Shown: in pieces, positions 1 to 8,371 of the stretch
Numbering within the stretch: position 1 is the stretch's first letter
Layout: every line of letters begins with the position of its first letter
Notes under the pieces: model-generated
Database searches by the model: none
What the model was told of the DNA's origin: nothing
The model's input: the letters and a program-made list of their open reading frames with translations, nothing else
Translations under genes and position numbers: made by a program
Assembly (NCBI GenBank): GCA_039000425.1
Contig: JAWBPV010000001.1
Coordinates: 67,240 to 131,239 of the forward strand
Direction: 5' to 3'
Source: Candidatus Aenigmatarchaeota archaeon
GTDB taxonomy: Archaea; Aenigmatarchaeota; Aenigmatarchaeia; CG10238-14; SCSR01
Length of the DNA stretch: 64,000 bases

Positions 1-1
1 A

Positions 2-820
2 GAAACACCCACTATGGAAATATACTTGAAAAAAGAATTCAACAACAGGGAAAAAGCGAGAGAGATCGCTGAGAACATAATAGAGAAGAAAATATCCAAC
101 GTAGCTAAAAAGATATCTATAGACTTAAGCGAAGGCTCAATCGAGATAGAGCCAGAAGATCTGAGGAAAATGGGAAAGATAGCTAAGGTTATAAAGGATA
201 ATTTGAAAGATGTTAAAATCAGGGAGAAAACGAGGAGCATTGTAGTTACACCAAAAGAAGAAGCTGATGTAAAAACACTCCAAGCTTTGAGAGAAAAAAT
301 AATGAATTTACACTTCGAAGGAATAAAGGGAATTAAAAACGCTATCGTGAGAAGAGAAGAAGATAATTGGATAATAAACACTTTAGGTTCAAACCTTGAA
401 GAAATCTTCAAGTTAGAAGAAATTGATGAAACTAGAACTACTTCCAACGATATCTACGAGACTTTTAAAGTGTTAGGGATAGAAGCTGCTAGAAATGTTA
501 TCATAAGGGAGGCTGTAAAAACTTTGAACGAACAAGGTTTAGATGTTGATATAAGACACATACTCCTAGTTGGAGATATTATGACTTGTAGTGGTAGGAT
601 TCAATCTATCGGAAGATATGGAATAGCCGGTTCACAAACATCTATCCTAGCCAGAGCTGCGTTTGAAGAAACAGTTAAACATCTGGTAAGAGCTTCGATA
701 AGGAATGAAACGGACGAATTTAAAGGAATTTTTGAGAATGTGATGATAGGTCAAGTTATACCAGCTGGCACAGGAATGCTTGAGCTTCTAGCTGTTTTCG
801 AGAAGGAGGAAAAGAAATGA
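2..820 (+). CDS. rpoA2: RNA polymerase subunit A'' (Rpo1C), 5'-truncated by the window edge
   Basis: Frame open from nt 2 (ETPTMEIYL...). Motifs VLGIEAARNVII, DIRHILLVGDIMT, ARAAFEET, ENVMIGQVIPAGTG. Confidence 0.95.
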   Translation, partial: ETPTMEIYLKKEFNNREKAREIAENIIEKKISNVAKKISIDLSEGSIEIEPEDLRKMGKIAKVIKDNLKDVKIREKTRSIVVTPKEEADVKTLQALREKIMNLHFEGIKGIKNAIVRREEDNWIINTLGSNLEEIFKLEEIDETRTTSNDIYETFKVLGIEAARNVIIREAVKTLNEQGLDVDIRHILLVGDIMTCSGRIQSIGRYGIAGSQTSILARAAFEETVKHLVRASIRNETDEFKGIFENVMIGQVIPAGTGMLELLAVFEKEEKK

Positions 821-1080
821 ATTTGGAAGAAGAAATACTCGATGCCACTAAAAAAGGTAACATAATACTTGGGTATAAAGAGAGTAGAAAATACATAAAA
901 GTTAACAAAGCAAAGCTCGTTGTTTTGGCCAATAATGCTCCTGAAAAGATAAGAAAGGAAATTGAACATAATGCAAGCATTGCTGGAATAAAAGTTGAGA
1001 TTTTCGATAAAGGTAGCAAAGATTTGGGAATACTTTGCGGTAAACCTTATCCAGTAAGTGTGCTAGTGATCAAATGGTAA
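817..1080 (+). CDS. rpl30e: 50S ribosomal protein L30e
   Basis: AKLVVLANNAP and LGILCGKPYPVSVL; conserved position after rpoA2. Confidence 0.95.
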   Translation: MNLEEEILDATKKGNIILGYKESRKYIKVNKAKLVVLANNAPEKIRKEIEHNASIAGIKVEIFDKGSKDLGILCGKPYPVSVLVIKW

Positions 1081-1490
1081 TTAAATTTGACACTGAAAGC
1101 ATAAGGCTTATGACGATTTTTGAGAATTTGACAGGAGTACAAGTTAGGGATTGTTTAGTTGAAGAAGATACGGTATATTTTCTAGTGGATGAAGAAAAAA
1201 TCGGCATGGCCATAGGCAAAAATGGTAGTGTTGTTAAAAATGTGGAAGCGGCTATTAACAAAACTATAAAACTTTTCGGTTTTTCTGACGATTTGACAAA
1301 ATTTATCAAAAATCTCATACCGAAAGCTACTAACATAAAGATCATGAATAGCGAAGACGGGAAGAAGGTAGAAGTGGTGGTTGAAAAAAGTGAGAAGCCT
1401 TTGGTCATAGGAAGAGAAGGAAAAAATTTAAAAATAATCAAAGAATTACTCAAGAGAAATTATGATGTTAGTGAATTGGTGGTAAGGTGA
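1074..1490 (+). CDS. nusA: Archaeal NusA (two KH domains)
   Basis: KH GxxG loops AIGKNG and VIGREG; position between L30e and S12. Confidence 0.93.
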   Translation: MVIKFDTESIRLMTIFENLTGVQVRDCLVEEDTVYFLVDEEKIGMAIGKNGSVVKNVEAAINKTIKLFGFSDDLTKFIKNLIPKATNIKIMNSEDGKKVEVVVEKSEKPLVIGREGKNLKIIKELLKRNYDVSELVVR

Positions 1491-1494
1491 AAAA

Positions 1495-1917
1495 ATGCCA
1501 GGAGAATTTTCAGCTAGAAAGCTTAGAAGAGTGAGGAAGAAGTTCAAATGGAAAGATATACGCTACAAAAGAAGGGTTTTACAATTATGGAAAAAAGATC
1601 CGCTTGAAGGTGCTCCTCAAGCTAGAGGTATAGTTATAGAGAAAAGAGGTGTGGAACAAAGAAAACCTTGTTCTGGCCTAATAAAAGCTGTGAGAGTTCA
1701 ACTCTTGAAAAATAACGTTCAAGTAACTGCACACGTACCTGGTGAAGGTGCTATTGATATAATAAATGAACATGATGAAGTTTTGATAGAAAGTATAGGA
1801 GGGGCTCAAGGCGGTCCTAAAGGAAGCATGTGGGGTATAAAGTATAAGGTGGTTGCAGTCAATGGTGTTGCTTTGAGTGAAATTTTATCTGGGAAAAAGC
1901 AAAAGCCAACAAGGTGA
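1495..1917 (+). CDS. rps12: 30S ribosomal protein S12 (uS12)
   Basis: [31 protein letters not shown]; GGTGA Shine-Dalgarno upstream. Confidence 0.96.
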   Translation: MPGEFSARKLRRVRKKFKWKDIRYKRRVLQLWKKDPLEGAPQARGIVIEKRGVEQRKPCSGLIKAVRVQLLKNNVQVTAHVPGEGAIDIINEHDEVLIESIGGAQGGPKGSMWGIKYKVVAVNGVALSEILSGKKQKPTR

Positions 1918-1921
1918 TTAG

Positions 1922-2524
1922 ATGGTTGAGATAAAGTTGTTTGGTAAGTGGAGTTTTGAAGGTGTGGAAGTAAAAGATCCGGGACTAAAGAGATACGTAA
2001 ACTTACAGCCCGTAGTAGTACCAAAAACTGATGGAAGATATGCCAAACAACAATTTCACAAAAGCAAGATGAACATAGTTGAGAGATTCGTCAACAAACT
2101 CAGAGTACCTGGACACAGAGGAAAAAAGCATGTATTAACTTCTGATAGGAATGTTGATAAAACACTAACTCATTACAAAATAGTTGAAGAAGTTTTTGAG
2201 AAAATAGAGAAAATTACTGGAAAAAACCCAATAGCTGTTTTAGTTGGAGCTATAGAAAACGCTGCGTGGAGAGAAGAAATAACAGCTTACCAATTGGGTG
2301 GTATAATTGTCAGAAGAGCTGTAGTTACAAGCCCCCAGAGAAGGGTTGATGTTGCGTTGAGGAATATAGTACAGGCAGCTTATAGAAAAAGTTTTGGTAA
2401 AAAAGTTTCAACAGTTGATGCTTTGGTTGAAGAAATAATCGGTGCTTACAATAACGATCCAAGTAAATCAGAAGCTATAAGGGAGAGGGAAAGGGTTGAA
2501 AGGGAAGCCGAAGGTGCGAGGTAA
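1922..2524 (+). CDS. rps7: 30S ribosomal protein S7 (uS7)
   Basis: IKLFGKW, AIENAAWREE, SPQRRVDVALR. Confidence 0.96.
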   Translation: MVEIKLFGKWSFEGVEVKDPGLKRYVNLQPVVVPKTDGRYAKQQFHKSKMNIVERFVNKLRVPGHRGKKHVLTSDRNVDKTLTHYKIVEEVFEKIEKITGKNPIAVLVGAIENAAWREEITAYQLGGIIVRRAVVTSPQRRVDVALRNIVQAAYRKSFGKKVSTVDALVEEIIGAYNNDPSKSEAIRERERVEREAEGAR

Positions 2525-2696
2525 GAGTATTGGTAGTTTTTTAGTATTGATTTGAAGTTTATATCTATGGTTATGAATTGCTCTTGTAACTTCACTAGCA
2601 TCAAGATTACGGATAAAATCACTAGGTATTTATTTATTTCTATGAGAAAAAACTTTAAAAGAATTGGCTTCTAAAGGATAATTTATTGGTGATATT

Positions 2697-4889
2697 TTGG
2701 CAAAAAAAGAAATGATCGAAAGGATTAAAGAAGTTATGAAAGATCCTGTTAGGATAAGAAACGTTGCCACGAGTAGCCATGTTCATCATGGAAAAACAAC
2801 CCTAACTGACAACTTGATGGCTGGTGCAGGAATGTTAGCGGAAGAGATGGCGGGAAAAGTTATGTATACTTGGTTTGACGAGCAAGAAAGGAGAAGACAA
2901 TTGACGATTTATGGAGCAAACGTTTCCATGGTCCATGAATATGAAGGTAAAGATTATCTCATAAATTTAGTAGATACACCTGGTCATGTAGACTTTGGTG
3001 GTGATGTAACTAGGGCTATGAGAGCTGTTGATGGTACTATAGTCTTAGTCGATGCTGTTGAAGGTATAATGCCGCAAACCGAGACAGTTTTTAGACAAGC
3101 ACTTAGAGAATACGTTAAACCTGTTTTATTTATAAATAAAACTGATAGGTTGATAAAAGAATTGAAACTTTCGCCACAAGAAATGCAAAAGAGGTTTGAA
3201 GAGGTTATAAGAGATGTTAATATATTAATTCAAAAATATGCTCCTCCTGAATTCAAGGATAAATGGTTGGTAAATGTTTCAAACGGTAGTGTGGCTTTTG
3301 GATCTGCTTACAAAAGATGGGCAATTTCTATACCGTTCATGCAAAAAACTGGAACTACTTTTAAGGACATAATCGAATTAACACTTGCTGGAAAAGAGGA
3401 AGAACTTGCCAAGAAAGCTCCTTTACATCAAGTTGTGCTTGATATGATAATAAAACATTTACCAAATCCTCTTGAAGCGCAAAAATACAGGATATTGAAA
3501 ATTTGGAAAGGAGACTTGAATTCAGAAATAGGAAAGCAAATGCTAGCTTGTGACTCAAACGGTAAGCTCGCTGCTATAGTGACAAAAGTTGTTCCCGATC
3601 CTCATGTTGGTTTTGTCGCAACGCTTAGAATTTTTTCTGGAAAAGTTTTTAAGGGAAAGGATGTTTACCTTGTAGGACAACATAAACAAGAAAAGATACA
3701 ACAAGTAGCGGTGTATAAAGGAATATTGAGAATTCCTGTTGAAGAAGTTACAGCTGGCAACATAGCAGCAGTTGTTGGTATTCCTGACGCATTCACAGGA
3801 GAAACAGTTTGTGAACCAGATTCAATCATCGAACCTTTTGAAGAAATAAAACATCTTTTCGAGCCAGTGGTAACTAAAGCGATAGAACCGAAAAATCCGA
3901 TGGATTTGCCAAAACTAGTCGAAGCTCTTAAGAGGATAGGTAGGGAAGATGCTGTATTGCAAGTTAAGATAAATCAAGAGACTGGAGAATACCTTGTTTC
4001 TGGATTAGGCGAACTCCATTTAGAAGCTAAAGTGGAAAATAAACTGAAAGAAATTGGAATTGATGTTGAGATGAGTAAACCGATAGTTGTTTATAGAGAA
4101 ACTATTTTCGGTAAATCTCCAGAAATAGAAGGTAAATCCCCAAATAAACATAACAGATTTTATATAGTTGTAGAACCGCTTGAAGATGGTGTTTATAAAG
4201 CGATGTTAGAAGGTGATATTCCTGGTGAAATTGAATTCAAAGGTAAACACACAGAAATTTTCAGAAAAATTTCACAGAATGGCATGGATTATGATGAAGC
4301 AAAAAATATAATACTAATTCATAACAAGAATGTTTTGATAGATTTAACGAAAGGAATTCAGTTTTTAAACGAAGTGATAGAAATGGTTAAAGAAGCTTTT
4401 AGAGATGTTATGGATGAAGGACCTTTAGCTAGAGAACCTTGTACTAAAGTTAAAGTTAAGCTTGTGGATGCAGAACTTCATGAAGATCCTGTTCATAGAG
4501 GACCTGGTCAAATAATACCAGCAGTTAGATACGCTATAAGAGAAGGAATGCTAAAAGCAGACCCAACCCTACTTGAACCAAAACAAATCATAAGGATAGA
4601 TGTACCCTCAGAGCTTTTAGGTGAAGTTATAAGAGAAGTGGAAAATAGAAGGGGGCAAATACTTGATATGAAAGAAGAAAGAGGAGCTAGTATAGTTATC
4701 GCCAAGATGCCTGTGAGCGATATGTTTGGTTTTGATTCTAGTTTAAAATCTGCAACTTCGGGTAGAGGATTTTACAGTTTAATAGAAACAGTTTTCGAAA
4801 AACTCCCATCAGAGCTAAGAGAAGATGTGATAATAAGTATAAGGAAGAGAAAAGGTTTACCAGAAGAAATGCCAAAACCTGAAACGTAA
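2697..4889 (+). CDS. fusA: Translation elongation factor aEF-2
   Basis: DTPGHVDF, NKTD, GLGELHLE, diphthamide loop HEDPVHRGPGQIIP. TTG start with GGTGA SD. G1 motif is atypical (see findings). Confidence 0.97.
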   Translation: MAKKEMIERIKEVMKDPVRIRNVATSSHVHHGKTTLTDNLMAGAGMLAEEMAGKVMYTWFDEQERRRQLTIYGANVSMVHEYEGKDYLINLVDTPGHVDFGGDVTRAMRAVDGTIVLVDAVEGIMPQTETVFRQALREYVKPVLFINKTDRLIKELKLSPQEMQKRFEEVIRDVNILIQKYAPPEFKDKWLVNVSNGSVAFGSAYKRWAISIPFMQKTGTTFKDIIELTLAGKEEELAKKAPLHQVVLDMIIKHLPNPLEAQKYRILKIWKGDLNSEIGKQMLACDSNGKLAAIVTKVVPDPHVGFVATLRIFSGKVFKGKDVYLVGQHKQEKIQQVAVYKGILRIPVEEVTAGNIAAVVGIPDAFTGETVCEPDSIIEPFEEIKHLFEPVVTKAIEPKNPMDLPKLVEALKRIGREDAVLQVKINQETGEYLVSGLGELHLEAKVENKLKEIGIDVEMSKPIVVYRETIFGKSPEIEGKSPNKHNRFYIVVEPLEDGVYKAMLEGDIPGEIEFKGKHTEIFRKISQNGMDYDEAKNIILIHNKNVLIDLTKGIQFLNEVIEMVKEAFRDVMDEGPLAREPCTKVKVKLVDAELHEDPVHRGPGQIIPAVRYAIREGMLKADPTLLEPKQIIRIDVPSELLGEVIREVENRRGQILDMKEERGASIVIAKMPVSDMFGFDSSLKSATSGRGFYSLIETVFEKLPSELREDVIISIRKRKGLPEEMPKPET

Positions 4890-4931
4890 ACATATTTAAA
4901 TATTCGTGCTAAATAAGATTAGAAGGAGAAA

Positions 4932-6209
4932 ATGCCTGCAAAACCAAACATTAACTTGATGACAGCAGGACACGTAGATTCTGGAAAATCTACACTCATA
5001 GGTAGATTGTTATACGATAGCGGTGCCATAAGAGAAGAAGAAATGAGGAAGTTGAGAGAACTAGCAGTTGAGCTTAAAAGAGAAACTTTCGAGTTTGCTT
5101 TTATAATGGATACTGTAAAAGAGGAAAGAGCAAGGGGTTTGACGATAGATATAATGCATAGACCTTTTGAAACTGAAAAATGGTTCTTCACGATAATAGA
5201 TTGTCCTGGTCATAGAGATTTCGTTAAGAACATGATAACTGGAGCAAGTCAAGCTGATGCAGCACTCTTTGTTATTTCAGCAAAAACCGGTGAAGGTATA
5301 CAAGAACAAACCAAAGAACATGCCTGGTTGTTAAGAGTCCTTGGAATAAACCAGATAATAGTTGTTATAAATAAGATGGATACCGTTAATTACGATGAAA
5401 AAAGATTTGAGCAAGTTAAACAAGAAGCCATGGAACTTTTAAGAAAAATTGGTTATAAAGTTGAAGATATACCATTCGTTCCCGTATCAGCTTATTACGG
5501 TGATAATGTAGTTAAGAAATCTGATAAAATGCCTTGGTACAAAGGTGGTACTTTAGTTGAAACTTTAGATGCTGTGATAAAAGAACCTGAAAAACCTATA
5601 GATAAGCCGCTAAGAATACCAATCCAGGACGTTTACAGCATAACTGGTGTTGGTACAGTACCTGTTGGAAGGGTTGAAACCGGTATTCTGAGAGTTAATG
5701 ATACTTTAGTGTTTGAACCGGCAGGTGTGAAAGGTGAGGTGAAATCAATAGAAATGTTCCATAAACAAATCCCAGAAGCGAAACCGGGAGATAACATAGG
5801 TTTCAACGTCCGTGGTGTATCCAAAGAGCAGATTAAGAGAGGAGATGTTGCCGGACATCCTAACAATCCTCCGACAGTGGCTAAAGAGTTTACAGCACAG
5901 ATAATAGTTTTGAACCACCCGAGTGTTATCACCGCTGGCTACACACCAGTTTTTCATTGCCACACGGCTAGCGTAGCATGTAGAATAGAAGAGATAATAT
6001 CTAAAATTGATCCGAGAACAGGAGCAGTTATTCAAGAACACCCAGATTTCATAAAAACTGGTGATGCGGCTAAAATTAGAGTTGTACCTACAAGACCTAT
6101 GGTAATAGAAAAACAGTCAGATTTTCCTGAATTGGCAAGGTTTGCTATAAGAGATATGGGTATGACTGTGGCTGCAGGAATTTGCTTGGATGTAGTTAAA
6201 GCCAAGTAG
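4932..6209 (+). CDS. tuf: Translation elongation factor aEF-1 alpha
   Basis: [29 protein letters not shown]. Confidence 0.98.
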   Translation: MPAKPNINLMTAGHVDSGKSTLIGRLLYDSGAIREEEMRKLRELAVELKRETFEFAFIMDTVKEERARGLTIDIMHRPFETEKWFFTIIDCPGHRDFVKNMITGASQADAALFVISAKTGEGIQEQTKEHAWLLRVLGINQIIVVINKMDTVNYDEKRFEQVKQEAMELLRKIGYKVEDIPFVPVSAYYGDNVVKKSDKMPWYKGGTLVETLDAVIKEPEKPIDKPLRIPIQDVYSITGVGTVPVGRVETGILRVNDTLVFEPAGVKGEVKSIEMFHKQIPEAKPGDNIGFNVRGVSKEQIKRGDVAGHPNNPPTVAKEFTAQIIVLNHPSVITAGYTPVFHCHTASVACRIEEIISKIDPRTGAVIQEHPDFIKTGDAAKIRVVPTRPMVIEKQSDFPELARFAIRDMGMTVAAGICLDVVKAK

Positions 6210-6436
6210 TTATTTAGTACTCTTTCCACTCTTTTTTATTAATTGCACTTGGTTCTATTTTTAACTAAAGATGTCAAAAAAATCATTTCTAAATATTAAA
6301 AACAATATAATTCTCCAAAAAATCTTCCTGGATTCTTGGATTAAAAAATATTAAATAGTGTGTGTGACTTTAATTTTTTAAGTTAAAACCAAAAAGAATT
6401 TAAACTAAGCAGATTAAAGAAAGTTAAAGTGATACC

Positions 6437-6757
6437 ATGCAACTCGCAAGGATAAAGCTTTCAGGAAAAGATCCAAAAGAATTGGATAGTATTTGTTCTG
6501 AGATAAAAGATATTGCAAAAAAGTTTGGTGTTTTGACTAGAGGTCCGATCCCACTTCCAACAAAAGTTATGAGGGTTGTTACTCTAAAAACTCCTTGTGG
6601 TGATGGGTGTGGACATGGTAATGCTACTTATGATAAGTGGGAACTTAGAATCCACAAACGTGTTATAGATGTTCAAGCAGATGAAAGAGCGTTGAGACAA
6701 ATAATGAGGATAAACATTCCTAGAGATGTTTACATTGAGATAAAACTACAAGATTAA
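6437..6757 (+). CDS. rps10: 30S ribosomal protein S10 (uS10)
   Basis: GPIPLPTK, TPCGDG, WELRIHKRVID. Confidence 0.96.
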   Translation: MQLARIKLSGKDPKELDSICSEIKDIAKKFGVLTRGPIPLPTKVMRVVTLKTPCGDGCGHGNATYDKWELRIHKRVIDVQADERALRQIMRINIPRDVYIEIKLQD

Positions 6758-6788
6758 ATTTTTAAGATTCGCTCGATAGGAGAATTAA

Positions 6789-7703
6789 ATGAAAATATTA
6801 CCGATAGCGTTTGATAGTCTAGGTACAAGATCGATGGCTTGTTTTGTCGAGAGTGAAGGAATTAAAGTAATGATAGACCCGGGAGCAGCTTTAGCGCCTT
6901 CGAGATATGGTTTAAAACCACATTCGATAGAGTTGAATAAATTAGAAAAAGATTGGAGTAATATAGTTGATTTCTCTCTCAAATCTGAAGTAATAATAAT
7001 AACACATTACCATTACGATCATCATAATCCGTGGAGAAATTTAGAAATTTATAAAAATAAAATTCTGTTGGTTAAGAATCCTGTTGAGAATATTAACTTC
7101 AGTCAAAAGCAGAGGGCCTCCTTCTTCTTGAAAAAAATTGAAAATTTTCCAAAATTACTCGAATATTGTGACGGAAAAAATTTTGAATTTGGTAATACTA
7201 AAATAAAGTTTTCTGAACCAGTTTTTCATGGTACAAATCAAAAGTTGGGTTGGGTTGTTGAAGTTTTAATAGAAGATTCCACAGGAAAGTTTATTTACAC
7301 GAGTGATGTTGAAGGTATTGTAGTTAAAGATCAACTGGATTTCATATTAAAAAATAAACCAGACTTCTTGATTTTAGATGGTCCTATGACTTACATGCTG
7401 GGGTATGGATACAGTGAAGAAAATTTGAGAGATTCTATAGAGAACATAATAAAAGTTATGGAAAAAACAGAGGTTAAAACTATAATAATAGACCATCACT
7501 TGATGAGGGATTTAAAATATAGAGAAAAAATATATTCATTGTTGAAATTTGGGGAAGAGAAAAAAATAAAAATAATTTCTGCCGCAGAATTTTTGAATAA
7601 ACCGATAGAAATGTTGGAGGCAAGAAGAAAAGAGTTGTACGAAAAATATCATAACTTTGAGCTAAGGAATAATGTAAAAATATGTGAGTTTAATGAAGAT
7701 TGA
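6789..7703 (+). CDS. Metallo-beta-lactamase fold hydrolase (UPF0282-like)
   Basis: DSLGTRSMA, THYHYDH metal motif, DHHLMRD, LEARRKEL. Confidence 0.85.
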   Translation: MKILPIAFDSLGTRSMACFVESEGIKVMIDPGAALAPSRYGLKPHSIELNKLEKDWSNIVDFSLKSEVIIITHYHYDHHNPWRNLEIYKNKILLVKNPVENINFSQKQRASFFLKKIENFPKLLEYCDGKNFEFGNTKIKFSEPVFHGTNQKLGWVVEVLIEDSTGKFIYTSDVEGIVVKDQLDFILKNKPDFLILDGPMTYMLGYGYSEENLRDSIENIIKVMEKTEVKTIIIDHHLMRDLKYREKIYSLLKFGEEKKIKIISAAEFLNKPIEMLEARRKELYEKYHNFELRNNVKICEFNED

Positions 7704-8331
7704 AGAATTGTTGGAAATTTATGAAGAAAGAAAGGATGAAATAAAAGAAAGGATTTTAGAGTTTAAAGGGATGATGAAAAAAAGTGAAAAAAGAATTTTT
7801 GCTGAGCTGGCCTTTTGTATTTGTACACCTCAAACGAAAGCGATTGATGCTTGGAATGCCGTGAATGAACTTGTGAAAAATGGTTTATTATACAATGGAA
7901 ATTCGAGAAAAATATCCAGCTTCTTGAGAAAAGTTAGATTTGGGAAGAAAAAAGCTGAATACATCGTTTACGCCAGAAATACATTCACAAAAAATGGGAA
8001 AATTCGCATTAAGAAGATTATTTCCTCTTTCAAAAATCCAAAAGAATTAAGAGAGTGGCTCGTTGAAAATGTATTGGGGATTGGGATGAAAGAAGCTAGC
8101 CACTTCATAAGGAACCTAGGACTTAGTGAAAATCAAATTGCAATTCTTGATGTCCATATCTTGAAAAATCTTCAAGAACTGAAAATTGTACGAGAATTTA
8201 AGCCTTTAAGCAAAAGGAAGTATGTTGAAATCGAGAATAAAATGAAGGGATTTTCTGAAAAAATTGGTATACCATTAGATGAACTTGATTTACTACTTTG
8301 GTCAAAAGAAACTGGTTTTGTTTTCCGTTGA
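7684..8331 (+). CDS. ogg: 8-oxoguanine DNA glycosylase/AP lyase (archaeal Ogg2 type)
   Basis: ELAFCICTPQ, HhH motif GIGMKEASHFIRN, AILDVHIL, LDLLLW, ETG near the C-terminus. Confidence 0.9.
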   Translation: MSLMKIEELLEIYEERKDEIKERILEFKGMMKKSEKRIFAELAFCICTPQTKAIDAWNAVNELVKNGLLYNGNSRKISSFLRKVRFGKKKAEYIVYARNTFTKNGKIRIKKIISSFKNPKELREWLVENVLGIGMKEASHFIRNLGLSENQIAILDVHILKNLQELKIVREFKPLSKRKYVEIENKMKGFSEKIGIPLDELDLLLWSKETGFVFR

Positions 8332-8371
8332 TTTTTAAGAAATTTTTATTCAGCGAAGAAATAAAGTTATA

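Noticed and set aside
6210-6436. Gap between tuf and rps10 as a hidden gene or RNA
   Set aside because: Only very short ORFs without SD and no GC-rich structure; consistent with terminator plus promoter.
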